Source: an uncultured Planctomycetaceae bacterium (lineage in GTDB: Bacteria > Planctomycetota > Planctomycetia > Planctomycetales > Planctomycetaceae). From it: a stretch of DNA of 64,000 nt. The notes beneath the pieces were generated by a model. That model searched no databases. It saw only the letters and a program-made list of their open reading frames with translations, and was not told where the DNA came from. Position numbers and translations under genes: made by a program. Each line of letters starts with the position of its first letter. Position 1 is the first letter of the stretch. Below are positions 48,528 through 58,659 of this stretch, piece after piece. The stretch covers positions 288,001 to 352,000 of the forward strand of contig CAWFGE010000023.1 in NCBI GenBank assembly GCA_963815195.1. Reading direction: 5' to 3'.

Positions 48528-49487
48528 TCAAAGAGGTGCGTTTTGAAGCCGAACTCCCGATTCCACCCGGGCGCGGGAATCTTTCCCCACTTGGAGGCTC
48601 ACATTCACGTTCTGGTGCGGGTTGGATTTGCTCCGCAGCACGGCATCGTCCACGTACAAGTCTTGAATGTGCGAGACCCCCGTCGCCTCCCAATAGGCCG
48701 ACAACAAAGCGCCGCTCCACTGCGGCTTGACTGTCCCCTTCAATAGCAGGAACTCCGAATTATTGACGTTAAACTGGCCGGTTGGAAACACCTGATCGCC
48801 GGACCCTAGACTGTTGACGTGAAGTTGCAGCCTCACGCCATAGGGCGATCCCGACACGCCTTTCCTCACCCACGCGCTGATCTCGTACAACTCGCCGTTC
48901 GTCAGTTGCGACGCCACGTTTTGCCGCACGCAGGTTTCATCGAGAAACGTCAGCGCTTGGCCGTGAATCGATCGGCTTCCGCTTTGAAAGACGGTGGAAC
49001 TGCTGGAGAGAAGGTCGCCGAGAATGACCTCCCAGCCGGTCGTTCCCGCTTCCATGTCGGCATTGCTGAGCAGGTTCGGCGGAGTGGCGGGAAGGTCGTG
49101 CTCGAAGACGTAGGCATTCTCGACCAGGTTGGCCGCGGTTCCACCATTGTATTGCCGGGTCAGCGGATCTCCCGGCGTTCCCGACCAGGCATAGCGGATG
49201 GTCTCGGACAGGAAGTCCCCGTCCCGGTCGGGAACCGCGAATGTGATCGCGTGGTCGGTGTTTTCGCTGAAGGCAAGGGCCAATTCGAGATCGGCCAACA
49301 TCTCCGTCAAGGCTTCATCGCCCGCGATCTGCGCGGGCGTGGGAGTCGCCGACGCGTCGGTCGCGCGAAGCGTGAGGAACAGCGAGGAGACCATGCCGGC
49401 GATCAAAGCGCTCGCCCCCACGGAAGCGGCGACCATCTCCATCAGCGTGTAGCCGCGGCGATCGGCCGGAGTCCGCGAATTCTTCAT
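48528..49487 (-). CDS. PilW/GspJ-like minor pilin carrying a CBM4/9-like domain
   Basis: RRG/YTLMEM; NLLSNADMEAGTTGW, YEISAWVR and LYVDDAVL. Confidence 0.75.
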   Translation of the reverse strand: MKNSRTPADRRGYTLMEMVAASVGASALIAGMVSSLFLTLRATDASATPTPAQIAGDEALTEMLADLELALAFSENTDHAITFAVPDRDGDFLSETIRYAWSGTPGDPLTRQYNGGTAANLVENAYVFEHDLPATPPNLLSNADMEAGTTGWEVILGDLLSSSSTVFQSGSRSIHGQALTFLDETCVRQNVASQLTNGELYEISAWVRKGVSGSPYGVRLQLHVNSLGSGDQVFPTGQFNVNNSEFLLLKGTVKPQWSGALLSAYWEATGVSHIQDLYVDDAVLRSKSNPHQNVNVSLQVGKDSRARVESGVRLQNAPL

Positions 49488-49969
49488 AACACTCTCGCTT
49501 TGCCGGTGTCGGGATCAATCTGGACCGTGCGCTCGAACCCTCCGGACGCGATCACGATTTGGCCTCCGCTGTCGGGGACGCCGTAATAGTTGAACTGAAC
49601 CGCTTCATCTCCGCCGAGGGATGTGGACATCAAGAGGGACCTGTAAGGCGAGTCGCCCAGTTGGATCGTATACGGGCGGCCGACGCGGTCCGGGCTGTCG
49701 ATGCCGAGGATGGTGTAGCTGTTTCCCGCGGTCGAAAACTGAATGGTGCGATTGGCGCTCGAGGACATGGCCAGCCGGCGGGCCATATTTAAGTCGGCCC
49801 GCACGCGTTCCGCCGCCGCTTGAACTTGATACCAATGCAGCGAATCGGTGAACTTCGGTGCGGCCGCCGCCGCCAGAATGCCGACGATGAGAACGCCGAT
49901 GGCGACTTCCACGAGCGTGAACCCGCCCGGTTGGGCACCGCGCGGGCAGTTCGGTTCCGCATGATTCAA
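49484..49969 (-). CDS. FimT/GspH-like minor pilin
   Basis: G/FTLVEV; RADLNMARRLA; FNYYGVP. The start is either TTG at 49969 or ATG at 49962 with a missing G near 49925. Confidence 0.85.
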   Translation of the reverse strand: MNHAEPNCPRGAQPGGFTLVEVAIGVLIVGILAAAAAPKFTDSLHWYQVQAAAERVRADLNMARRLAMSSSANRTIQFSTAGNSYTILGIDSPDRVGRPYTIQLGDSPYRSLLMSTSLGGDEAVQFNYYGVPDSGGQIVIASGGFERTVQIDPDTGKARVL

Positions 49970-49998
49970 CTCCCGCAGGAGAAAGCCAGGCCGACGAT

Positions 49999-51017
49999 TT
50001 ACCGCGGGGCGAGCGTTTCTTCCGGGATCGCGTCGAAATCCGGAAAGCCTTTGGCGGGGTCGACGAGTTCCATGCGTTCCTCCAATCCGTCCTCCGACAA
50101 CTGCTCCACAAAATAGCCCAACCCGGTGCCTTCCGATTTGGCGCGGTACAAACAGCGGTCCGCCGCCTCGATCAAATCTTTGGGCTCGTATTCGCAAAAC
50201 CCGCTGTGGCAAACCGCGGCCCCGAAGGACGCCGTCACGTCGGGCCCGCGATTGCCTGGGAAAACCGTCAATTCCCTGATCTTCGACTGGATCCGGTTGA
50301 GGGGAATCAGAATTTCTTTCGGCCGAAGCGCGATCATTAAACAGATAAACTCGTCGCCGCCGTACCGCGAGACGAGGTCGTAAGACCTGAGGCTGTCTTC
50401 GAGCGTGCGGGCGATTTTTTTGATGACCTCGTCCCCGTGTTGATGCCCCCACGTATCGTTGATTTGCTTGAAGCGGTCGATGTCGCACAAGATGACCGCG
50501 ATCGATTGCTTTAACCGCTGCGCAGGTTCCATTCCTCCTGCAGCCGGCGTTCATAGGTCATTCGATTGGCCAGGGCGGTCAAGGGGTCCGTGGCGGCCGC
50601 CGAGAGAGCCGGGCCGAGGTATTTCCAGCTCACAAACACATCCTGCTCGGTCACCATGCCCATCAGCCGCTCGCGGTGGTAAATCGCCGTGGATTCAAAA
50701 ATTGCCGGCCGGTGGCTTCGGGGATCATCGGAGGGAGGCGACAGCCGGGTCGCCAACAGCGTCGAGAGCGTGGTGTTCGCCCAACGTTCTCGTTCGCGCG
50801 GATGGCCAAAATTCAACCGGCGGGAGATTTCCTCCGCCATCACCAGCCCGATGACCTCGCCCGCGTCATCGACCGCGAGGACGCACGGACCATAATTGAC
50901 ATCGAGCGCGATGTGGCTCAACAGGGTGTTTTCAGAGACGATGAGCGGTACATTTTCGGAGTTTTCCTCCCTGGAAATCATGAACCGATGCAACTCGCCA
51001 TTTAAGCGATAACCCAC
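49999..51017 (-). CDS. Diguanylate cyclase with CBS-like N-terminus (frameshift near 50525)
   Basis: TDPLTALANR; DIDRFKQINDTWGH; RSYD I-site; SRYGGDEF; ADRCLYRAK. Start uncertain. Confidence 0.9.
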
Positions 51018-51291
51018 GCCATGCTCCTAAGATGTGATTTCAAGAACGCGATATGACAATTGCTATTTAGAGAATAGAACACGCCCGGCCCCGCGAAGAA
51101 TGCCGCGAATGAAACCGCAAGAAGTCGCGAAACCTATCATCCGATCGAAGCAATAACATGGGGCGTGCGGCCTGAAACGACTCTTCCGAATGCGCCGGAT
51201 GGTTCCAACGTGCTTGATGCAAGCCCGCGTCCGAGCATGTTGACCGCCGTTTCCGTTTCGCTGATAATTCGGCGATTTAGCTCCATCAGCC

Positions 51292-52254
51292 TTGTTCCAC
51301 CTCGACCCCGTGAACGCGCAGCCGCCCCTCACCCTGGAATTGATCGTCGAAAAACCGCTGAGCGGGATCCGCATCGACAGTTTTCTCGCCCGGCATTTGC
51401 GGAACTATACGTCCTATCGTTTGCAGCGGATGATCCGCGCGGGACTGGCATCCATCGACGGAGGCGTTGTGAAGTTGGAAACCCGCGTGTTCGCGGGGCA
51501 AGAGATTTCGTTCCGCCTCGCCGAGCCGCCGGATAAGTTGCTCGAACCTGAACCGCGCGAACTGGAAATCCTGTTTGAGGACCCGTGGATTCTTGTGCTC
51601 AATAAGCCGGCGGGGATCGTGGCGCATCCGGTGGGCGAGTTTCAGACCGGGACGCTCGCCAATGCGGTGCAGTGGCATCTGGATCGGCAGACGAAACTCA
51701 AGGGGCTCCTTCGGCCGGGGATTGTGCACCGCCTGGACCGCATGACGAGCGGCGTGATGGTGCTCGCCAAGGAGCACACATCGCACACGGTTCTCTCGAT
51801 CCAGTTCCAGCGCGGCCGGGTCGAGAAAACCTACACCGCCTTGCTGGAAGGCGCGATGGTTGCAGACCGGGGCGAGATCAATTTGCCCATCGGGCACGCG
51901 GCTTCGCGGGAGACGGTGCTGATGTCCGCCGCCCCTGACGCCCGCAAACCCAAACCCGCCTGCACACAGTACGAAGTCATCTTACGATTCCACAATCGCA
52001 CGTTGGTGCGAGCACGCCCGAAGACGGGGCGGAATCACCAAATCCGCGTGCACTTCGCGGCCCTCGGCCACCCGGTCGTCGGGGACGAGTTTTACGAAGC
52101 CGGCGGGAACATCAAACCGCCCGCCGCCGACCGCGACCAGCGCCACGCCCTGCACGCTTCGCAGTTGATCTTCCGGCATCCCGTGACGCGAACAAGGCTC
52201 TCGTTCCAAGCGCCGCTGCCTGCGGATATTGGCGTATTGTGCTACGGCGAATAA
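51292..52254 (+). CDS. RluA/RluD-family pseudouridine synthase with S4 domain
   Basis: RIDSFLA, NKPAG, HRLDRMTSG, TGRNHQIRVH and HALHA. Confidence 0.93.
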   Translation: MFHLDPVNAQPPLTLELIVEKPLSGIRIDSFLARHLRNYTSYRLQRMIRAGLASIDGGVVKLETRVFAGQEISFRLAEPPDKLLEPEPRELEILFEDPWILVLNKPAGIVAHPVGEFQTGTLANAVQWHLDRQTKLKGLLRPGIVHRLDRMTSGVMVLAKEHTSHTVLSIQFQRGRVEKTYTALLEGAMVADRGEINLPIGHAASRETVLMSAAPDARKPKPACTQYEVILRFHNRTLVRARPKTGRNHQIRVHFAALGHPVVGDEFYEAGGNIKPPAADRDQRHALHASQLIFRHPVTRTRLSFQAPLPADIGVLCYGE

Positions 52255-52299
52255 GATTCGGGCGAATTGTGCTTGGTGCCGGAAGTTTGATCGGCTTCC

Positions 52300-55122
52300 T
52301 CAGCCCGGTTCCGGATCCAGGTTGGCCAGGAGCGATTCCAAGGTTGCCGGCTCCACGGGCTTGACGAGATGGTAATCGAAGCCCGCCTCGTGGGAGCGGC
52401 GTTTGTCTTCTTCCTGCCCCCAGCCCGTCAAGGCGACGATGAAGATGCGGCCGCCCCACGGTTGCTCTCGAATGCGGCGGCAGGTCTCGTAGCCGTTCAA
52501 CTTCGGCATGCCGATGTCCAGGAGGATCATGTCGGGGCGGAACTCTTCGGCCCTTTCGATCCCCTGCAAGCCGTCGTGGGCGGTGCGGATTTCGTTGCCC
52601 ATGATTTTGAGCATCATGGACATGGTTTTGGCGGCATCGACGTTGTCGTCCACCACCAGAATCCGGTGCCGGGTTTGCTTTTCCACGAGTTGTCTTCCTT
52701 TATTCACTTGTGGTTGTTGATTAAGGGGTGCGGCGACGGCCGGGAGCCGGATGATGAACTCGCTGCCCCGGCCGGGGCCTTCGCTGCGGGCCTCGACGCG
52801 GCCGCCGTGCATCTCGACCAACTGTTTGACGATGCTCAGCCCGACGCCCAATCCGCCCTGCGATTTTTCCAAGGAGCGGTCCCCTTGGATGAACATCTCG
52901 AAGACCTTGGGAAGCATATCGGCGGAAATGCCGATGCCCGTGTCTTTGACGCTGACGACCGCCTCGCCATCCTCGCGGCGGACCGCCAGCCAGATCGAGC
53001 ATCCGGCGTCGCTGTACTTGACGGCGTTGCTCAGAAGATTCGCGACCGCTTGCGCCAGGCGGGTCTTGTCGGCCTCCACGTACACTGGCTCATCGGGCAA
53101 CGCGACCGTCAGGTTCCGGTGCTGCTCGCCGATCATCGGCTGACAAGATTCGAGAGCGCTGTGGACCGCTTCCCGTAGTGGAATCCGCTCTTTCCTTAGC
53201 TCGATCTTGCCTTGCTGAATGCGGCTCAAATCGAGCAGGTCGTCGACGAGCCGGACCATGTGCTCCAGTTGCCGCTCCATCATGGCGCGGGATTCCGCGA
53301 TGGTTTCGGGATCCTCTCCCGCAAGGCGGAGGACTTCAAGTCCATTGCGGAGGGGTGCGAGGGGATTGCGGAGTTCGTGGGCGAGCAAGGCGAGGAATTC
53401 GTTCTTGTGGCGCTCGGCCTCTTTGCGCGCCGTGATGTCGCGGGCAATTTTCGAGGCCCCGACGACCTTGCCTTCGGTGTTCTTGATGGGGGAGACCGTG
53501 AGCGAGACGTCGATTCGCCCGCCGTCTTTGCGAATCCGCTCCGTCTCGAAATGCTCGATCATTTCTCCGCGCCCGATCTGCTCCAGGATTTCGGGCAATT
53601 CGTCAGGGTGATTTTCCGGAATCAGCACGGTGAGGGGCTTGCCGACGATTTCCTCCGACGCGTAGCCATAGAGCCGCTCGGCCCCTTTGTTCCAACTGAG
53701 CACATTGCCCGTTAAGCTGATGCCGATGATGGCGTCTTCCGACGATTCCACGATCGCGGCCATGTGCATTCGGGTCTGCATGGCTTTTCGGGCTTCGGTC
53801 ACGTCGCGGAAGACCAGCACGACGCCCGCGATGGTGCCGTCTTCGCCTCGGATCGGGGCGCCGGAATCGTCGATGGGATATTCCGTCCCGTCTTTGGAGA
53901 TCAGCACCGTGTGGTTGGCCAATCCGACCACCACGCCTTTCTCGAGCACCTTACAAACGGGGTTCTCCACAGGCTGCCGCGTTTGCTCATGGATGATGTG
54001 AAACATATCGTCCAACAGTTTGCCCGCGGCTTCTTCGGGATTCCAGCCCGTCAATTTCACCGCCACCGGATTGAGGAAAGTCACCCGGCCGTGGTTGTCG
54101 GTGACGATCACCGCGTCCCCAATGCTTTTGAGCGTGACGTGCAACTCCTCCCGCTGCCGCCTTTCTTCCTCCTGGGCCCGCTGCGCTTCGCGGGCGCTCT
54201 CTTCGGCGGCTTTACGGGCGGCTTCTTCCTGCAGGAGTCGGCGGGCTTTCTCCTCGGCCGCTTTGCGTTCGGTCAAGTCTCGCGTGACCTTCCCGTAGCC
54301 TCGCAGCACGCCGTTCTCGTCTCGCAAGGCCGTAATGACGACATTGGCCCAGAACCGCGAGCCGTCCTTGCGGATTCGCCAGCCTTCGTCCTCGAACCGG
54401 CCCTTGGCCGCTGCCCGCCGGAGTTCCTCCGCCGGCCAACCCTGGTCGATGGCTTCCTGCGGATAGAACCGCGAGAAGTGCGCGCCGATGATCTCTTCCG
54501 CGGTGTAGCCCTTGATTCGCTCCGCCCCGGCGTTCCAAGTCGCGACGAGGCCCTCCGGGTCAATCATGAAGATCGCGTAAGCTTCGACGTTCTCGACCAT
54601 CAAACGAAAACGCTCTTCGCCGATTCGGACCGTTTCCTCGGCTTGCTTGCGATCCGTCAGATCGCGGGTGATCTTTAGGAAGCCCCGGACCTCGCCGGAC
54701 TTGTCCCAGAGGGCGGTGATGACGATGTTCGCCCAGAACCGCGTCCCGTCCTGGCGGATTCGCCAGCCCTCATCCTCGAACCGGCCGGTTTGGGCGGCCA
54801 CTTCGAGTTCGTGCGCGGGCCAGCCTGATGAAACGGCCTCTTTGGGATAGAATCGCGAAAAGTGCTGCCCGATGATCTCCTCCGGCCGGTAGCCTTTGAT
54901 AAACTCGGCTCCGGAGTTCCACGTGAGGATATGGCCCTGCCGGTCCATAAGGAAAATGGCGTAATCCCGCACGCCCGCCACCAACTTCGCAAATTCCTCC
55001 TCGCTGTGCCCGAGCGACTTTTCGGCCCGTTTCTGTTCTGAAAGGGCCGAGTCTAAAGATGTCCGGGATTCCCGCAGTTCCGCCGACCTCCCCCGGAGCA
55101 TTCGCTTCAAAAAATTCCACAT
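52300..55122 (-). CDS. Cytoplasmic hybrid histidine kinase (4 PAS/PAC + HisKA + HATPase + receiver)
   Basis: Repeated WN.GAE.I.GY PAS motifs; HELRNPL, NLLSNAVKY, GGLGVGL, VVDDN, LDIGMP and KP. Confidence 0.95.
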   Translation of the reverse strand: MWNFLKRMLRGRSAELRESRTSLDSALSEQKRAEKSLGHSEEEFAKLVAGVRDYAIFLMDRQGHILTWNSGAEFIKGYRPEEIIGQHFSRFYPKEAVSSGWPAHELEVAAQTGRFEDEGWRIRQDGTRFWANIVITALWDKSGEVRGFLKITRDLTDRKQAEETVRIGEERFRLMVENVEAYAIFMIDPEGLVATWNAGAERIKGYTAEEIIGAHFSRFYPQEAIDQGWPAEELRRAAAKGRFEDEGWRIRKDGSRFWANVVITALRDENGVLRGYGKVTRDLTERKAAEEKARRLLQEEAARKAAEESAREAQRAQEEERRQREELHVTLKSIGDAVIVTDNHGRVTFLNPVAVKLTGWNPEEAAGKLLDDMFHIIHEQTRQPVENPVCKVLEKGVVVGLANHTVLISKDGTEYPIDDSGAPIRGEDGTIAGVVLVFRDVTEARKAMQTRMHMAAIVESSEDAIIGISLTGNVLSWNKGAERLYGYASEEIVGKPLTVLIPENHPDELPEILEQIGRGEMIEHFETERIRKDGGRIDVSLTVSPIKNTEGKVVGASKIARDITARKEAERHKNEFLALLAHELRNPLAPLRNGLEVLRLAGEDPETIAESRAMMERQLEHMVRLVDDLLDLSRIQQGKIELRKERIPLREAVHSALESCQPMIGEQHRNLTVALPDEPVYVEADKTRLAQAVANLLSNAVKYSDAGCSIWLAVRREDGEAVVSVKDTGIGISADMLPKVFEMFIQGDRSLEKSQGGLGVGLSIVKQLVEMHGGRVEARSEGPGRGSEFIIRLPAVAAPLNQQPQVNKGRQLVEKQTRHRILVVDDNVDAAKTMSMMLKIMGNEIRTAHDGLQGIERAEEFRPDMILLDIGMPKLNGYETCRRIREQPWGGRIFIVALTGWGQEEDKRRSHEAGFDYHLVKPVEPATLESLLANLDPEPG

Positions 55123-55545
55123 ACTCTATGTCTGTCCCGTATTGGAGCCGCGGCCCCCGGCGGTCGCCTCTTTGTCTTGATGTATTCTCCCCGCGGAAGC
55201 CGCCGGAATCTGTCGTGAGACAAACCAAACCGGCTTTTCGAGGGGCAGTTGATGGCGGATGGGGTCTGACGACATCGATGGTAACCGACGCCTTCCCTTT
55301 CGTTGCCCGATGCTCCCGAGAGGTGGTGTGAAATGGCCGCGAAACCCGCATCCGGTGCGTTTCCGTTGATTCCGCGCCGTTTATTCGCTGGACAGGTATT
55401 TCCAAAACTATTGTAGGGAGCGGGTTCCGTCATCCACCATCGGAGAAAAGCCTAAATCCTTGCGGGAAGAACCCATTGAGCACCGGAATCTCTCGACCGG
55501 ATTTGGCGGTCCTCGATCGAAAAGCGAAGCTCGCCCGCTGGTTGC

Positions 55546-55740
55546 CTAGGACCGTGCGAGAATCACTAAAACGACAAGACATCCAAATGTTTCCAATCCG
55601 ATGATGAACCAAAACGGACCCGCGGCCTTTTCCCGTTGGACCGAGTGATCGAGGCCCAGAATTGCGATCCCGCTGACGATCTGAACGACGAGCCACAGAA
55701 AAGAAAGAACAAGGCCAATGATGGGGAGCCAAACCTGCAT
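55546..55740 (-). CDS. Small membrane protein (2 TM)
   Basis: Two hydrophobic helices from MQVWLP, downstream of dprA. Confidence 0.5.
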   Translation of the reverse strand: MQVWLPIIGLVLSFLWLVVQIVSGIAILGLDHSVQREKAAGPFWFIIGLETFGCLVVLVILARS

Positions 55741-55789
55741 AACGCGACTTTCGACCTTTCTGGCTCGTCTCAATGTCATCTGGGAATTG

Positions 55790-56953
55790 TTAATGACTCG
55801 CCCGCACCAGGTAACCGCCCGGCAGTCTGCGGAGGAAGCGTTTCATTTCCAACACCGTGAGCGTGGAGAGCACGCGGGACGAATCGAGGTCGGAAGCTCG
55901 TAGAATCTGGTCGATATGCTGAGGCTCCAACGTCACAAGATTCAAAACGGCCCGCTCGATTTCGTTTAACAGGAGTTCGCGGGGGCTGTGGACTTCTTCT
56001 TTGGGGGTGATGGCGACAGGGTTTGTCAACGGGCCGAGGGCGGCGAGAATGTCGTCGGCATTGCGGATAAGCGTGGCCCCATCGCGGAGCAAATCGTGGC
56101 AGCCTTCGCTGGCGAGGCTGTCGATCGGACCGGGGACGACCATGACTTCCCGCCCCTGTTCCAGAGCGTGCCGGGCCGTGTGGAGGGCCCCGCTTTTGCG
56201 GGAGGCTTCCACGATCAACACGCCCGCCGCCAGCCCGCTGATGATCCGGTTTCGTTGCGGGAACAAACCGGCCAGCGGTTTTTGGTCCAAAGGCATCTCG
56301 GTGAGGAGGGCCCCGCTCTCGGCGACCTGCCGGGCGAGTTGCGCGTGCTCCGGCGGATAAATCGAAGACAACCCCGTGGCCAGGACCGCGAGCGTCCGGC
56401 CTCCGACTTTCAAGGCTCCCCGGTGGGCGGCCCCGTCGATGCCCCGCGCCAAGCCGCTGACGATCGTCACCCCCGCGAGCGCCAACGTGGCTGCGAGTTT
56501 CTCGGCGGTGCGAACGCCATAGGGAGTGCACCGCCGGGAGCCGACGATGCCCAGAGCCAATTCGTCGCGCGGTTCGACCCGGCCTTGGCAGTAGAGAAAC
56601 GTGGGGGGATCGAAAATCTGCGAGAGCAGCCGGGGGTAATCGTCTTCACCTCGAATGTAAAACTTGATGTCCAAATTCCGGCAGCGTGCCAGTTCCCGTT
56701 CGGCGGGCGCGGTGTTGTCTCGGCCATCCAAAATCGCCAGCGCCAGCTTGGGGCCGATGCCGGGCACCGACCTGAGATCGTGGCTTCTGGCTCGGAGGAC
56801 TTCGCCCGCATCGCCGAAGTGGTCGAGCAAGGCCTGCCGCATCCTCGGCCCCACGCCCGGCACGAGGTTCAACCGCAACATCTCCAACAGCCGGGCCTCA
56901 TCGACGCCATTGCCCGGAGGCTCCGCAGCAGGTTGAACGGCCGAATCTGTCAT
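55790..56953 (-). CDS. dprA: DNA-processing protein DprA
   Basis: IVGSR, VSGLARGIDGAAH, FPQRNRIISGL, SGALHTA and a C-terminal winged helix. Confidence 0.96.
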   Translation of the reverse strand: MTDSAVQPAAEPPGNGVDEARLLEMLRLNLVPGVGPRMRQALLDHFGDAGEVLRARSHDLRSVPGIGPKLALAILDGRDNTAPAERELARCRNLDIKFYIRGEDDYPRLLSQIFDPPTFLYCQGRVEPRDELALGIVGSRRCTPYGVRTAEKLAATLALAGVTIVSGLARGIDGAAHRGALKVGGRTLAVLATGLSSIYPPEHAQLARQVAESGALLTEMPLDQKPLAGLFPQRNRIISGLAAGVLIVEASRKSGALHTARHALEQGREVMVVPGPIDSLASEGCHDLLRDGATLIRNADDILAALGPLTNPVAITPKEEVHSPRELLLNEIERAVLNLVTLEPQHIDQILRASDLDSSRVLSTLTVLEMKRFLRRLPGGYLVRASH

Positions 56954-57025
56954 CTCGGTTTATCGGTTTTCAGTCTAGGGCTCGCCTGAACTCCCAATCT
57001 CCGTGTCTCCCAATCTGCTTTATCT

Positions 57026-58201
57026 TCAAGCGTGTCCGCAGTCTTTGAGAAAATCGCGGACCTCGGCTTCCGGGATGTTGGGATAAACCTTGACTTCACC
57101 GATGCGAGTGGGCAGGACGAAACGGAGCTGCCCGGAGACGGCTTTCTTGTCGAGCCGCATCCGGCTGAGAATTTCGTCGACGGTGAAGCTCAAGCCCTCG
57201 GGCAAGGCCGTCGGCAGGTCCAGGGATTCCAACAATTTCCGTTGCCGATCGGTGACGGATTCGTCGATGAGGTTGGCGCGTTCGGCGAGCCGGCTGGCAT
57301 AGATCATCCCGATCGCCACCGCTTCTCCGTGCAAGAGTTCTCCGGAACGGCAGAGGTTCTCGAAGGCATGTCCGAACGTGTGCCCGTAATTGAGCACCGC
57401 CCGCAGTCCCGTGTGCTCGAACTCGTCCTGCTCGACCACGTCCGCCTTGATCCGGCAGCAGCGGGCGATGAGGGATTGCATCACCTCGGCCGAGCGGTTC
57501 TTGATGCCTTCGAGGTTCTGCTCCAATTCGGTGAAGAACTCCTCGTCGAGAATCACGCCGTATTTGACGACCTCGGCCATGCCCGCTTGGAAGTCGCGTT
57601 CGGGAAGCGTCTGCAGCGTCGCCGTGTCGATCACCACGCCCAAGGGCTGATGAAACGCCCCGATCAGGTTTTTGCCCTTGGGGTGATTGATGCCCACCTT
57701 GCCGCCGACCGAACTGTCCACGTGGGCCAAAAGGGTCGTGGGGATTTGTACGAAGGGAATTCCGCGGACATAGGTCGCGGCCACGAAGCCCGCGGTGTCC
57801 CCGACCACGCCGCCGCCCACAGCGAACACCACGGTTTGACGGCCGGCTTGCATCTCCACGAGGCGATCGTACATCTCCGAGACCACCGGCAGCGACTTGG
57901 AAGATTCGCCCGGGATCATTACGAACAATTCGCATTCCCAACCGCCGGCCGAGAGGCTTTGATGAACGGCTTCGCCGTGCGGTTGGGCGACGTTTTGGTC
58001 GGTGACCACCAAGGCCTTTCGCTGGCCGGGCTGCATGCCGGGACGGTCCTCGAACCACGGCTCGATCGCCGAGGCAATGTGGGGCAAGTAATCCGTCACG
58101 ATGAACACATCGTAACTTCGCGGCCCCAGGTAAACCTGAACGGTGCGGGGTTTGGGAGTCTCAGCCACGGGAATGTTTCTTTCTGGGGGTCGGAGGATCA
58201 A
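57026..58201 (-). CDS. aroB: 3-dehydroquinate synthase
   Basis: GGGVVGD, PTTLLAHVDSSVGGK, KNLIGAF, LNYGHTFGHA and HGEAVAIGM. The start may be GTG at 58168. Confidence 0.96.
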   Translation of the reverse strand: MILRPPERNIPVAETPKPRTVQVYLGPRSYDVFIVTDYLPHIASAIEPWFEDRPGMQPGQRKALVVTDQNVAQPHGEAVHQSLSAGGWECELFVMIPGESSKSLPVVSEMYDRLVEMQAGRQTVVFAVGGGVVGDTAGFVAATYVRGIPFVQIPTTLLAHVDSSVGGKVGINHPKGKNLIGAFHQPLGVVIDTATLQTLPERDFQAGMAEVVKYGVILDEEFFTELEQNLEGIKNRSAEVMQSLIARCCRIKADVVEQDEFEHTGLRAVLNYGHTFGHAFENLCRSGELLHGEAVAIGMIYASRLAERANLIDESVTDRQRKLLESLDLPTALPEGLSFTVDEILSRMRLDKKAVSGQLRFVLPTRIGEVKVYPNIPEAEVRDFLKDCGHA

Positions 58202-58659
58202 TCCTTCAATTGGAAAATCGCTTCCACTTCCACCGGGATGTTGCCCGGCAGCGAGCCCATGCCCACGGCACTGCGGGCCCCGCGGCCGGCTTCCCCAAAG
58301 ACATCCACCATCAATTGGCTGAACCCGTTGATCACCGAGGGGTGGCGGTGGAAATCGGGCGTCGCATTCACCATGCCCAGCACCTTCACCACGCGCTCGA
58401 TCCTGTCCAACGACCCCAGTTGTGTGAGCACCGTGGCGAGAATCGTGAGGCCGACCTGCCGGGCCGCGTTGCGTCCTTCTTCTTCGGTCAGGTCTTGTCC
58501 CACCCGGCCCGTGATGAGCGTGCCGTCCAGTTGCACAGGTCCATGCCCCGAAACGTAGAGCATGCTTCCGACTTGGACCGCGGGAGTGTAAATCCCGCCC
58601 GGCTTGGGGGCTTCGGGAAGTTGGAGTTGGAGTTCGGCAATGCGGGCGTCAGCGCTCAT
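58198..58659 (-). CDS. RidA/YjgF family protein
   Basis: LYVSGHGP, INGFS, ARSAVGMGSLP and VEVE. Confidence 0.92.
   Translation of the reverse strand: MSADARIAELQLQLPEAPKPGGIYTPAVQVGSMLYVSGHGPVQLDGTLITGRVGQDLTEEEGRNAARQVGLTILATVLTQLGSLDRIERVVKVLGMVNATPDFHRHPSVINGFSQLMVDVFGEAGRGARSAVGMGSLPGNIPVEVEAIFQLKD

Noticed and set aside
34362..50525. Programmed frameshifting or phase variation
   Set aside because: The junctions are heterogeneous, without long homopolymer tracts or shared slippery motifs.
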